Notes under the pieces: model-generated
What the model saw: the letters and a program-made list of their open reading frames with translations, nothing else
Database searches by the model: none
Told to the model about the DNA's origin: nothing
Translations under genes and position numbers: made by a program
Shown: in pieces, positions 48,044-57,780 of the stretch
How the letters are laid out: every line of letters begins with the position of its first letter
Position numbering within the stretch: position 1 is the stretch's first letter
Assembly (NCBI GenBank): GCA_042216105.1
Contig: JBDGUF010000015.1
Span: forward strand, 22,210-86,209
Reading direction: 5' to 3'
Origin: Halorientalis sp.
Lineage (GTDB): Archaea; Halobacteriota; Halobacteria; Halobacteriales; Haloarculaceae
DNA: 64,000 nt

Positions 48044-48676
48044 ATGATGCTCCCGACCCACGCCCTGGCGGGGATGGTGCTGGCGCTCCCGGTCGCGTTC
48101 GCGGCCCCGGAGTTCGCGCCCGTGGCGCTCGCGGCCGGGTTCGCGGGCGGGATCCTCCCGGACCTGGACATGTACGTCGGGCATCGCAAGACGCTGCACT
48201 ACCCCGTGTACTTCTCCGCGCTGGCGGTCGGAGCGGCGGCGCTCGCGCTGGTCGTGCCCCTCGCCCTCACCGTCGGGCTGGCCGTGTTCCTGTCGGGCGC
48301 GGCCTTCCACAGCGTCACCGACGCCGTCGGCGGCGGGCTGGAGTTGCGCCCGTGGGAGGGAACCTCCGATCGGGCCGTCTACGACCACTACCGCGACCGG
48401 TGGATCCCGCCCCGTCGGTGGATCGGCTACGACGGATCGCCCGGTGACCTCCTGCTGTCGGGCGTGCTGGCCGTCCCGTTGCTGGCGACCGTCGACGGCG
48501 TCTTCCGGCTGGCCGTGCTGGCCGCGCTGACCGTCGCGGTCGTCTACACCGCCGTCCGACGTGCCCTCCCGTCGCTGGCCGAACGGCTCGTCGAGGAGTT
48601 CGGAACGGTCCTGCCCGCCCCGGTGCTGGCGCGGCTCCCCGGCCACCACCGGGACGGGACGGGCGAAGAGAGCTAG
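48044..48676 (+). CDS. Membrane-bound metal-dependent hydrolase (YdjM-like)
   Basis: PTHAL, LPDLD, HRKTLH, HSVTD. Confidence 0.85.
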   Translation: MMLPTHALAGMVLALPVAFAAPEFAPVALAAGFAGGILPDLDMYVGHRKTLHYPVYFSALAVGAAALALVVPLALTVGLAVFLSGAAFHSVTDAVGGGLELRPWEGTSDRAVYDHYRDRWIPPRRWIGYDGSPGDLLLSGVLAVPLLATVDGVFRLAVLAALTVAVVYTAVRRALPSLAERLVEEFGTVLPAPVLARLPGHHRDGTGEES

Positions 48677-48717
48677 TCCGGTCGGCGTTTCGATCCCCGG
48701 CCTCCGCGTCGCCGGAA

Positions 48718-49122
48718 TCAGCGCCCGTCCGCGGATCCGTCGACGTGGCGTTCGAGCGCGCGCACGTTCCGCGTGTTGGCCTTCCAGACGGCGTCGAACA
48801 CGTCGCCGAGTACCGGGATCGAACCGACGACGAAGTCGAGCGCCACGACCAGGAGCATCTTCGCGATCGTGCCACGCGACACGCCGAGCCGATACGCCTC
48901 GAACACGGGATACAGCGAGAGGATCGCGGCGAGACTGTCGCCGGCGACCGGGAGGACGCCGAGGATCGGATCCAGCCCGATCCGAACGTCGGTCCCCGGA
49001 ACCCGAACCGCCTCGTCGAGCAGGTCGGCGACCGCGCGGGCGCGACGAACCGCCGCCTCTCCATCTACTCCGCTCCCGTCGGCGACTGTCGGCCCCTCCG
49101 CCGGACTCGTCTCGTCGGTCAT
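48718..49122 (-). CDS. DUF4112 membrane protein
   Basis: LLDEAVRVPGT..RIGLDPILG.LPVAGD, GSIPVLGDVFD..WKANTRN. Confidence 0.88.
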   Translation of the reverse strand: MTDETSPAEGPTVADGSGVDGEAAVRRARAVADLLDEAVRVPGTDVRIGLDPILGVLPVAGDSLAAILSLYPVFEAYRLGVSRGTIAKMLLVVALDFVVGSIPVLGDVFDAVWKANTRNVRALERHVDGSADGR

Positions 49123-49230
49123 CGTCTCCCGTCTGGTAGCCCACGGCCTTCCGTCCTCCGCTTGCACCCGCGCGGCCCGACGACGACCGGTCCGTAGATT
49201 TAAGGGCGAAACCGCGGCCACCCTCACGTG

Positions 49231-50001
49231 ATGGTCGAGGCGTTCGCGGTCGCGAGCGGGAAAGGGGGGACGGGCAAGACCACCAGCACGCTCGCGCTGG
49301 GGATGGCGCTGGCCGAGGAGTACGACGTGACGGTGATCGACGCCGACACGGGCATGGCGAACCTGCTCTTTCACGCCGGCCTCTCGTCGGTCGACACGAC
49401 GCTGCACGACGTGCTGGTCGAGGGCGGCGCGCGGGTCAAGGACGCCGTCTACGACCGGTTCGGAATGTCCGTCGTCCCCTGTGGCACGAGCCTGGCCGGG
49501 TTCGAGGCGGCCGAACCCGAGCGCCTGCGTGACGTGGTCGCGGCGCTGGCGGTCGACACCGACGTGATCCTGCTGGACTCGCCGGCGACGCTGGGCTCGA
49601 AGTCGGCCGTTCTGCCGATCGTGCTGGCCGACCGGGTGGTGGTCGTCCTCCAGCCGACGATCCCGGCACTCTCGGACGGGCTGAAAGTTCAGGAGTACGC
49701 CCACTCCTACGGCACCGACACGGCGGGGACGATCTTCAACAAGGTGACCGACCCCGACGACGTGCAGTCGGTCGCCGAGAAGTCGCGGCAGTACTTCGAC
49801 GGGCCGACGCTGGCCACGGTGCCCGACAGCGACGCCGCCCGCGAGGCCCGGCGTGCCGGGGAGCCCCTGCTCGCGTACGCGCCCGCCGCCGACGCCGCGG
49901 AGGCCTACCGGGGCGCGGCCCGTACGCTTGACGTGCGGTCGGGCGCGGCCGACGACGTGGCCGATCGCTTCCGCAGCGCCGTCATCCCGGACCGACGATG
50001 A
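49231..50001 (+). CDS. minD: MinD/ParA-family ATPase
   Basis: Deviant Walker A SGKGGTGKTT, IDAD..MANL, TLHDVL, LLDSPA; TTTAAG at 49199. Confidence 0.88.
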   Translation: MVEAFAVASGKGGTGKTTSTLALGMALAEEYDVTVIDADTGMANLLFHAGLSSVDTTLHDVLVEGGARVKDAVYDRFGMSVVPCGTSLAGFEAAEPERLRDVVAALAVDTDVILLDSPATLGSKSAVLPIVLADRVVVVLQPTIPALSDGLKVQEYAHSYGTDTAGTIFNKVTDPDDVQSVAEKSRQYFDGPTLATVPDSDAAREARRAGEPLLAYAPAADAAEAYRGAARTLDVRSGAADDVADRFRSAVIPDRR

Positions 50002-50564
50002 AACTCCCCAGCGGCCGGCTGGTCCACTCCCGTGTCGTCGACGATCCCGGGTCGGCGCTCGCGGCCGCCCTCGACCGCGAACTCACCGGCTACGCCGTGC
50101 TGGAACCACAGGAGACGCTCCTGCTGGCCGCCGACACCCGGGGCGTCCTCACCTTCGACGCGGGCGTGCCGGTACTGGCGTATCACACCGAGACCGACCG
50201 GGGCGGCCCGCCCGCGCTCGCGGACCTGGCCGTGCCCGGCCCCTACCGGCTGGACCTCGTCTCGCTCCCGGCCGACGTACTCGCGGACCTCCACGACACG
50301 CCCGCGCTTCGCGTGCCGCCGGGGATGCCCGCCGAACGACTCGCCGGCGATCCCGACCTCGCGGCCCGGACGCGCGCGAACGCACCCGACGATCGCGTTC
50401 GCACGTCGTCGGGCGGCGAACCCGGTGACGGCGACCCGGCCCGGGAGAGCGCCGTCGAGGCCTTCCTGGAGAACGAGGGGAAGATCGAGGCCATCCGCGA
50501 GCAGGCCCGCGAGGAAGCCCGCGAGCGCGCGGCCGAGTGGGGCCTCGACGACGTGTGTGAGTGA
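49998..50564 (+). CDS. MinD-coupled protein with PATAN/DUF2226-like domain
   Basis: ATGA overlap with minD; LTGYAVL..GVLTF.AG.PVLAY; C-terminal helical charged tail. Confidence 0.75.
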   Translation: MKLPSGRLVHSRVVDDPGSALAAALDRELTGYAVLEPQETLLLAADTRGVLTFDAGVPVLAYHTETDRGGPPALADLAVPGPYRLDLVSLPADVLADLHDTPALRVPPGMPAERLAGDPDLAARTRANAPDDRVRTSSGGEPGDGDPARESAVEAFLENEGKIEAIREQAREEARERAAEWGLDDVCE

Positions 50565-50614
50565 CCCCGTCCTGTACAAACTATTAAGGCGTTTCGTGTC
50601 GTTTGTTACGGTGT

Positions 50615-50731
50615 ATGGCGACACGCCAACAGTCCGTGGCCTATCACTCGTGTGGCTGTGGTGAGCGGTTCGAGACCACGGAGGAACTGCTGGAACACGC
50701 CCGGAGCGAACACGGGCTCTGGGTACACTGA
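50615..50731 (+). CDS. 38-aa C2H2 zinc-finger microprotein
   Basis: MATRQQSVAYHSCGCGERFETTEELLEHARSEHGLWVH; TATTAA at 50582-50587. Confidence 0.7.
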   Translation: MATRQQSVAYHSCGCGERFETTEELLEHARSEHGLWVH

Positions 50732-50743
50732 CGGCGTGGTCGC

Positions 50744-50980
50744 CTACTCGTCGACGTGGACGGGGATCCACCAGACGCGGCTCCGGCCGCCGACCTTCTT
50801 GCTCGTCACGTCGGTCTTCTCGGCGAGCGCGTGGAGCTTGTTCAGCGCCGTCCGGCGCGAACAGCCCAGTCGGTCGGCCACCTCGGTCGCCGTCAGTGGC
50901 TCCGCGTAGTCTTCGCGGGCGGTGAACACGTCCAGAACGTTCGATTCGGTGTACTCCGTCTCGCGGCCTGCCTCCGGCAT
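50744..50980 (-). CDS. Small winged-HTH DNA-binding protein
   Basis: PLTATEVADRLGCSRRTALNKL..SKKVGGRSRVWW. Confidence 0.85.
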   Translation of the reverse strand: MPEAGRETEYTESNVLDVFTAREDYAEPLTATEVADRLGCSRRTALNKLHALAEKTDVTSKKVGGRSRVWWIPVHVDE

Positions 50981-51027
50981 GTGTGGGGTCACTCCGCCGG
51001 GGAACTTATTTCCTTCGTGTAAACCCG

Positions 51028-51216
51028 TCAGGACCGGCGGTCGGTCGCGGAGCCGTCCCGTCGATGGCTGAGCTTCTCCCCGACGATGCTCGGGACGGAG
51101 GTCCCACAGTACGTGCAGGACCACGATCGGCCGGCGGCCCCGTCTCGGCGGTCGAGTTCGTCGACGGACTGGAGTACGGCACCGCATCCGTCACACCGGT
51201 GTGTGGGCGAACTCAC
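51028..51216 (-). CDS. Small zinc-ribbon protein
   Basis: CDGCG...WSCTYCG. Confidence 0.6.
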   Translation of the reverse strand: MSSPTHRCDGCGAVLQSVDELDRRDGAAGRSWSCTYCGTSVPSIVGEKLSHRRDGSATDRRS

Positions 51217-51293
51217 GGCTGACTGGTACTACGACGGCCCCCACTATCAACGTCCCCGTCGTTTCGCACGTTCGACGGGGCCGGTGACCGCGC

Positions 51294-51449
51294 TCAGGAC
51301 GGCCGGACCGGCGTCTCGCAGTCGGGACACGTGGCGTACAGGGCACTGCCGTCGTCGCGCTCGTAGCGGATCAGCAGGTGACGCGACGGGACGGCCGCGC
51401 CACAGCGCGGGCAATCGCCGAGTGGTTTCTGGGGTGTGGTTCGTGACAT
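51294..51449 (-). CDS. CPxCG zinc-finger microprotein
   Basis: LGDCPRCG..LLIRYE..YATCPDCETPVRP. Confidence 0.75.
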   Translation of the reverse strand: MSRTTPQKPLGDCPRCGAAVPSRHLLIRYERDDGSALYATCPDCETPVRPS

Positions 51450-51779
51450 CGAAAGGAGCGTGTGACAGGGGAGGGCTGATCGCCCTCTACCACTGGATAG
51501 CGGCTGGAGGAATATGTACCCGAGCCACGCGGAGTGAAAGTGAAACTGGCCGACGTGGCGGGGACGCTCCGGAAACATACGAATTGTGAAACTCGGGGCA
51601 GTCGCGTTGCCCGACCATGTGACACGATCGACGGGCGAGACGGTCAGCGACCCACCGCCGAACGGGTGGGCTTCGGCGCCGTACCGCTGTGAGGTGGCCG
51701 TCGTTCCCGGCCGAGGGACTGGCGAAGCGGAAGTCGAGAGTTCGGGCGTGTCGGGACGGGGCGCCCCGGCGATCGGGGA

Positions 51780-53555
51780 CTACTCGTCGAGGGCGTCGTC
51801 CGTGGATTTCGGGGCCTCCGCGGACGTTGCCGCGTCCGGTTCACCGCCGTCGGCGACGGCGGGGAGCCGCTCGCGGCCGAACCAGTCCCACTCGCGGGTC
51901 CGCTGCCCCGTAGCTTCGAGGTCCCACGGGTCGCCGTCGGTCACCCGCGGGCCTTCGAGCCAGGAGGTGACAACGTTGTAGAGGAAGATCAGCTGGCCGA
52001 TCGTGAGGACGAGCGCACCGAGCGTCGCCAGCTGGTGGAGAGTGGTGAAGAGGTCGACGGGGCCGATACCCACGTCGTAGGTCGCGTACCGGCGGGGCAT
52101 GCCGGCGTAGCCCAGGATCACCATCGGGAAGAAGGTGAGGTTCGTCCCGATCATCGTCAGCCAGAAGTGCCACTTCGCCAGCGTCCGCTGGTAGAGCCGG
52201 CCGGTCACCAGCGGGAACCAGTAGTAGACGCCGGCGAAGATCGCGAACGCGATGCCGCCCATGATGACGTAGTGGAAGTGTGCGACGACGTGGTAGGTGT
52301 CGTGGAGGATCATGTCGACGGGGATCGAGGCCTCGAACACGCCGGTGACGCCGCCGATGATGAAGTTGAACACGAATCCAGCACAGAACAGGAACGGCGC
52401 GGTCGTGCGGAGACTCCCGTTCCACATCGTCGCGATCCAGTTGAACGTCTTCACGGCGCTCGGGATTGCGATGGCGATGGAGACGGCCATGAACGAGGCC
52501 CGGAGGCGCGGGTCCATCCCGGTCGCGAACATGTGGTGGGCCCAGACGCCGAAGGAGAGGACGCCGAGCGCCAGCGTCGAGTAGACGACGAACTTGAAGC
52601 CAAAGAGCTTCCGGCCGGTGAACTTCGGCAGGATGTAGCTGATCAGGCCCATCGGCGGGAGCACGAGGATGTACACCTCGGGGTGGCCGAAAAACCAGAA
52701 CAGGTGTTGCCAGACCAGCGGGCCGCCGCCCTGGACGGCGAAGAAGGTGGTCCCGAAGTTCCGGTCCAGCAGGAGCATGATCAGCGCCGAACCGAGCAGG
52801 GGGAAGGCAAAGAGGATCTGGGCGGACTGGACGAGGACGGTCCAGGAGAAGATGTCCAGATTCGCCCAGTTCACGTCCTCGCCGCGCTCGGTGACGATGG
52901 TCGCGATGAAGTTGATCGCCCCCATCGTCGCCGAGACGCCGGTGAGGTGCAGTCCCAGCAGCATCAGGTCGATCCCGGGGTTGGCCTTCTGGACCGACAG
53001 CGGCGGGTACATCGTCCAGGCGGTCTGTGCCGGCTCGATCGCCGGCACGAAGAAACCGCCCCAGATGAGCAGGGCACCGGGGGGCAACAGCCAGAACGCG
53101 ATGGCGTTGATCCGGGGGAACGCCATGTCGTCGGCCCCGATCAAAAGCGGAATCAGGTAGTTCGAGAACGCCGCCAGCATCGGCGTCCCGAACAGGAACA
53201 GCATCGTGATCCCGTGGCTGGTCAGGAAGGCGTTGTACAGTGACGGCTTCATGATGTTGGACGCGGGGGCGATCAACTCGATCCGCATCAACAGGACCGC
53301 GACGCCGCCCCACGCGAACGAGAGAACGGCGAAGGCCCCGTACATGAGCCCGATGTCCTTGTGGTCGACGGTGGTGAGCCAGCGCAGGATCCCGCCGGGT
53401 TTCTCGTGGTGACCGTACTCCGAGTCCCGGAAGGCACCGTCGCCCGACCCGACGGGTGAGTACGACCGCCAGTCTTCCAGCCGGCGCAACCACGCCGCCG
53501 TGCCGATCAGCAGTACCCCCATCAGTACGACGCTCGTCCACGACGGAATTGCCAT
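51780..53555 (-). CDS. coxA: Heme-copper oxidase subunit I (A-type)
   Basis: DHKDIG, SHG..MLF, DMAFPRIN, WFFGHPEVY, VWAHHMF, AHFHY, GMPRRY. Confidence 0.96.
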   Translation of the reverse strand: MAIPSWTSVVLMGVLLIGTAAWLRRLEDWRSYSPVGSGDGAFRDSEYGHHEKPGGILRWLTTVDHKDIGLMYGAFAVLSFAWGGVAVLLMRIELIAPASNIMKPSLYNAFLTSHGITMLFLFGTPMLAAFSNYLIPLLIGADDMAFPRINAIAFWLLPPGALLIWGGFFVPAIEPAQTAWTMYPPLSVQKANPGIDLMLLGLHLTGVSATMGAINFIATIVTERGEDVNWANLDIFSWTVLVQSAQILFAFPLLGSALIMLLLDRNFGTTFFAVQGGGPLVWQHLFWFFGHPEVYILVLPPMGLISYILPKFTGRKLFGFKFVVYSTLALGVLSFGVWAHHMFATGMDPRLRASFMAVSIAIAIPSAVKTFNWIATMWNGSLRTTAPFLFCAGFVFNFIIGGVTGVFEASIPVDMILHDTYHVVAHFHYVIMGGIAFAIFAGVYYWFPLVTGRLYQRTLAKWHFWLTMIGTNLTFFPMVILGYAGMPRRYATYDVGIGPVDLFTTLHQLATLGALVLTIGQLIFLYNVVTSWLEGPRVTDGDPWDLEATGQRTREWDWFGRERLPAVADGGEPDAATSAEAPKSTDDALDE

Positions 53556-53735
53556 TCTACGGCGGGTTTTTCACGACTTCCCATTGGGCATTGTCGCGAA
53601 TATCTTCGCGTCCGGCTGGGGCTCGGTATCGCAGGACACGGATGCGACACACGCCGCCGGCAACGTCGCGACGAACTCGTTCGGCCGACATGTTCGGGAC
53701 CGCGCACTTCCTCGAGCGGAGCGAACGGTGTCGTG

Positions 53736-54044
53736 ATGGACCGAACCGCGGAGTTGCGCCAGTTGGCCGCCGACCTCCGCGAGCGCGAGACGGTCGTGGA
53801 CGCCTGGCTCGCCAAGAGTTTCACCGACCGCCTGCTCGTCGTCGATCTGCGGACCGACGCCGACGTTCCCGAGGACATCCGCGAGCGGTTGCACGACCAC
53901 GATCTGTACGGGGCAAACGAGGTGTACGACACCGACGAGCGCGACGCTTCGTTCGCGGGCACGGTCGGCGACGACGACGCTACCCGCCACCAGTTCGTCG
54001 ACGTACGGACGCGTGGCGACCACCAGTCCTACGTCGTCGACTGA
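53736..54044 (+). CDS. Hypothetical acidic protein
   Basis: DAWLAKSFTDRL...RGDHQSYVVD; halophilic codon and amino-acid usage. Confidence 0.7.
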   Translation: MDRTAELRQLAADLRERETVVDAWLAKSFTDRLLVVDLRTDADVPEDIRERLHDHDLYGANEVYDTDERDASFAGTVGDDDATRHQFVDVRTRGDHQSYVVD

Positions 54045-54089
54045 GGACGAACGCCCGGTCTTTTGTCACCGGCGGACGAACGGGCGGCC

Positions 54090-54515
54090 GTGACACGCTT
54101 CGACGCCGACACGCCCGACGGGCGCAGGGACCTGTACGCCGCGGCCGTCGAGGCACACCGCGAGCGCGACAGCCCCTTTCTCACCATCGAGCCGGAGCCG
54201 ACGCCCGCCGAGGCGGCCGCGGACACGGACCTCCCCGACGACGCCCCCGAACACACTGTCCCCTGGATCCAGTTCGCGGAGGACACCGTGAACCTCGACT
54301 GCACGGACGCGGAACTGGAGCGGCTGAAGGACCTGCTGTCGGAGTACCCACAGTTCCGGATCGACGAACTGACGAGTCCGGAGGACGCCCACGGGACGAA
54401 CGTCCGGATCACGGCCCGCGGGGACCCGGAACGGCTCGGAACCGTCTTCGACCGCGTCTTCCGCGAGGTCTACGGCCGCGACGCGGACTACCGGGCCTGG
54501 GTCGTCGAGATCTGA
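54090..54515 (+). CDS. Hypothetical acidic protein
   Basis: GTG start VTRFDAD; PWIQF, NLDCTDAELERL. Confidence 0.7.
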   Translation: MTRFDADTPDGRRDLYAAAVEAHRERDSPFLTIEPEPTPAEAAADTDLPDDAPEHTVPWIQFAEDTVNLDCTDAELERLKDLLSEYPQFRIDELTSPEDAHGTNVRITARGDPERLGTVFDRVFREVYGRDADYRAWVVEI

Positions 54516-54550
54516 CCGCTGACGGTCCGGCGTCGGCCCGAACGACCGGT

Positions 54551-55111
54551 TCAGCGTCTCGTTCCGACCACCAGAAAGGTCTCGGGTCGGGTCGCCCGGA
54601 ACTCGATCTCGAACCCGGCCGTCTCCAGCGCCGTGGCCGCCTCGGCCTCGCGGAACCGCTCGGACAGCGGCGGGCCGTCCTCGCCGGTCCCGTCGGCCGA
54701 CCAGTCGGCGACCGCGAGTCGAGCGCCGGACGCGAGGACCCGCGCGAGTTCGGCCAGCGCCTCGTCGGTGGCGAACTCGTGGTAGGTCATCGTCGAGACG
54801 GCGGCGTCGAGTTCGCCGTCCGCGAAGGGCAGGTCCTCGATCCCGGAGGTCACGAGGGCGACGTTCTCGGGGACGCCTTTCTCCCGATAGCGGTCGTGCA
54901 TCGCCTGCTGGATGTCGACCGCGTACACGCGATCGGCGTGGGGCGCGACGTCGTCGGTGTAGAAGCCGGTTCCGCTCCCCAGATCGACGACCGTCTCCGT
55001 TCCCGCGAGATCGAGCGCCCAGAGGAGCTCCTCGCGGGAGACGGCGCGATAGCGGGCGGCGGCGTCTTCGAGTTTGGCCGCCTTCCCCGCGTCGAACGTG
55101 TGATGTCCCAT
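54551..55111 (-). CDS. Class I SAM-dependent methyltransferase
   Basis: VVDLGSGTG, YAVD, LPF.DGELD, LARVL..G. Confidence 0.9.
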   Translation of the reverse strand: MGHHTFDAGKAAKLEDAAARYRAVSREELLWALDLAGTETVVDLGSGTGFYTDDVAPHADRVYAVDIQQAMHDRYREKGVPENVALVTSGIEDLPFADGELDAAVSTMTYHEFATDEALAELARVLASGARLAVADWSADGTGEDGPPLSERFREAEAATALETAGFEIEFRATRPETFLVVGTRR

Positions 55112-55307
55112 CGCCGACAGTTGTGTGCGTGGTGTGAAATAATTGCTGGATCTCGACGCTTCCGATCTATCTGGCAATCGACGGTTCGGCGTGCTACCAG
55201 CTCCGACGGACAGCCGAGTGTTCGCGTATGGCTGTCGACCCACCAGGACTGGCCTTCGGTCCGTATCCACGACGTTTATCATTGTCTGCCTCCTGATATT
55301 GGATGAA

Positions 55308-55658
55308 ATGAGCAATACTGGAATAGAGGCCGCCGAGGTCGCACGTCGACTCGAGCGGGAAGACACGCCGGACCTCTTCGTTCTGGACGTTCGGACGGAG
55401 CGGGATTACGCACGGCGGCGGATCCCCGGAAGTACGAACCTCCCGGTCTACGAGGACCTGCTGCAGGACGACTACTCGGGGCTGGAACGCTGTCTCGACG
55501 AACTCCCCGAGGACGAGGAGATCGCGGTCGTCTGCAAGGCCGGTGTGACGTCCGCCCGGGCCGCCGAGTTTCTGCGGGCCCACGACTTCGACGCGAAATC
55601 CGTCCAGAACGGCATGTCCGCCTGGGGACGTCTCGACCACGACTTGCAGGCCGAGTGA
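55308..55658 (+). CDS. Rhodanese-domain protein
   Basis: VLDVR, IPGS, VVCKAGVTS, GMSAW. Confidence 0.85.
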   Translation: MSNTGIEAAEVARRLEREDTPDLFVLDVRTERDYARRRIPGSTNLPVYEDLLQDDYSGLERCLDELPEDEEIAVVCKAGVTSARAAEFLRAHDFDAKSVQNGMSAWGRLDHDLQAE

Positions 55659-55755
55659 CCGTCGTCCCGGGTGACGAGAACCCTATCGCGGCACCCGTCG
55701 TCGTGGATTCGACTCCGGACCGTACTTCTTTGTCCCCGCTGGCCCTGCAGGGGGT

Positions 55756-56796
55756 ATGCGCGCCGCAATCTTCCACGGCCCCGACGACGTTCGCATCGAG
55801 GAGGTACCGAAACCGGAACTGACCGAACCGACGGACGCACTCGTCCGGATCACTCACACCGCGATCTGTGGCTCCGACCTGTGGTTCTACAACGGCGATA
55901 GCGACCGCGAACGGGGATCGCGGGTCGGCCACGAACCCATGGGGATCGTCGAGGAGGTCGGTGACGACGTTCGCAGCGTCGAACCCGGCGACCGCGTGTT
56001 CGCACCCTTCGTCGTCAGTTGCGGCGAGTGCGAGTTCTGCCGGAAGGGCCTGCACACCTCCTGTGTGAACGGCGATTCCTGGAACGGCGACAACGGCGGC
56101 GCGCAGGGCGAGTACGTCCGCGCGCCACACGCCGACGGGACGCTCGTCCGGGTCCCCGATCGCTACGCCGACGACGAGGACGCGCTCGAATCGCTCCTGC
56201 CGCTGACGGACGTGCTTGGCACGGGCCACCACGCCGCCGTCAGTGCCGGCGTCGAACCCGGGAGTTCCTGCGTGGTCGTCGGCGACGGCGCGGTCGGCCT
56301 CTGTGGCGTCCTCGCCGCCCGCCGGCTCGGTGCCCGCCGGATCGTCGCCGTCGGGCACCACGAGGACCGCCTCGCCCTCGCCGACGAGTTCGGCGCGACC
56401 GACACGGTGCTGGGCGGCGAGGGCGACGAAACCGAGCGAGTGCTGGAGGCGACCGACGGCGGCGTGGATCAGGTCTTAGAGTGTGTCGGCGCGGCGTCGT
56501 CGATGGACACCGCCGTCTCGGTCTGTCGCCCCGGCGGCACGGTCGGCTACGTCGGCGTCCCCCACGGCGTCGACGCCGAGGGGCTGGAGCTGTACGACTT
56601 CTTCGGCGACAACGTCACGCTCCGGGGCGGCGTCGCGCCGGTGCGAGCCTACGCCGAGGAGCTGATGGCCGACGTACTCGGTGGGACGCTCGACCCCGCG
56701 CCGATCTTCACGAAGACGGTCGATCTGGACGGCGTCCCGGAAGGGTACCGGGCGATGGCCGACCGCGAGGCGCTGAAGGTGCTGGTCAAACCCTGA
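55756..56796 (+). CDS. Zinc-dependent alcohol dehydrogenase (MDR family)
   Basis: ICGSD, GHE, CGECEFC..C, GDGAVG. Confidence 0.93.
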   Translation: MRAAIFHGPDDVRIEEVPKPELTEPTDALVRITHTAICGSDLWFYNGDSDRERGSRVGHEPMGIVEEVGDDVRSVEPGDRVFAPFVVSCGECEFCRKGLHTSCVNGDSWNGDNGGAQGEYVRAPHADGTLVRVPDRYADDEDALESLLPLTDVLGTGHHAAVSAGVEPGSSCVVVGDGAVGLCGVLAARRLGARRIVAVGHHEDRLALADEFGATDTVLGGEGDETERVLEATDGGVDQVLECVGAASSMDTAVSVCRPGGTVGYVGVPHGVDAEGLELYDFFGDNVTLRGGVAPVRAYAEELMADVLGGTLDPAPIFTKTVDLDGVPEGYRAMADREALKVLVKP

Positions 56797-56824
56797 GAGG
56801 TCCGGCAGTCGGTCGGCGGCGTCC

Positions 56825-57373
56825 CTACGTGGACTCCACGACCAGCGTCACCCGCCGTCTCCCGCGCTCGGTGGTCACGGTCACGTCCAGCGCGACCGCG
56901 AGGACGTGGGTTTCCCCGACCCGTTCCTGTATCACGACGCCGCGTCGTACCTCACAGTCGCCGAAGTCCCGGTTCGGGCCCGCCGGACAGCGGTCGTCCG
57001 CCCAGTCCTCGGCAGCCGACCGATTGTAGGCGGTTTCGTAGACCGTCCCGGACTCGATCCGTGCAGTGGCCAGCGTCGATCGGTGTGGGTCGAGCCGCTC
57101 CCGAACCGCTCGGACGACCTCGTCACGTGCGCTCCAGGGTCGCCCGGTCGCGTTCGTCGCGACCTCGTGGACGGCCCGTTCCAGCAGTCGCTCGGCGTTG
57201 GCGACGGGGGCATCGTAGTCGGAACTGGCGGCCACGTCGGCGTGGTAGCCGAGCTGGAGGTACGCGAGGACGACCGGCGCGAGCGCGACCGCGAGGACCG
57301 CGGCCGCGGCGAGGACGAGTTGGCCCCGCTCGCCGTCCCGTCCCCTCGACCCCTCGGTGGTGGTCCGGTTCAC
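56825..57373 (-). CDS. Pilin-like protein with class III signal peptide
   Basis: ERG/QLVLAAAAVLAVAL; GTGA overlap with the upstream gene. Confidence 0.75.
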   Translation of the reverse strand: MNRTTTEGSRGRDGERGQLVLAAAAVLAVALAPVVLAYLQLGYHADVAASSDYDAPVANAERLLERAVHEVATNATGRPWSARDEVVRAVRERLDPHRSTLATARIESGTVYETAYNRSAAEDWADDRCPAGPNRDFGDCEVRRGVVIQERVGETHVLAVALDVTVTTERGRRRVTLVVEST

Positions 57374-57780
57374 GCGTACCACACCCAGATCGTCACGTCG
57401 CCGTTGACCGTCGTGACGGTCGCTCGCCCCACCGGGACGCCGGCGGGTTTCTCGAATCCGACCGCGCCGTGTGGCGTCGCGACGCGGTACATGAGGTTGT
57501 CCGGGAGGATCCGCTCGACTCGTCGATCCAGTGCCGCTCGCTCGCGCTCGAAACTCGACTCCGAGGCCACGACTTCGGCGAGCCGGGTCGTTCCCCGGTG
57601 ATGCGGTGCTTCGCCGCGCAGGACCGTCGCCGTGTCCTCCGCGTAGGCGTCGAGCTGTGGCTCCCAGGTGTCTGGCTGGGGAACGCCCAGCGCGAACCCC
57701 ATCGTCACAGTCAGCAGGAAGACGACTCCGACGCCGGCCTCGATCAGCGACAGGGAGAGCTGGCCGCGGTCACCTAGCAT
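57370..57780 (-). CDS. Pilin-like protein with class III signal peptide
   Basis: DRG/QLSLSLIEAGVGVVFLL. Confidence 0.78.
   Translation of the reverse strand: MLGDRGQLSLSLIEAGVGVVFLLTVTMGFALGVPQPDTWEPQLDAYAEDTATVLRGEAPHHRGTTRLAEVVASESSFERERAALDRRVERILPDNLMYRVATPHGAVGFEKPAGVPVGRATVTTVNGDVTIWVWYA

Noticed and set aside
51450-51779. Intergenic stretch examined for tRNA or ncRNA
   Set aside because: No cloverleaf, T-loop consensus or convincing stems
51780-53555. Oxidase subunit I without neighbouring subunit II/III
   Set aside because: Dispersed cox genes are common in haloarchaea and all metal ligands are intact
53500-53736. 78-aa ORF overlapping the coxA start and the next gene
   Set aside because: Spans a divergent promoter region, with atypical composition and no motif
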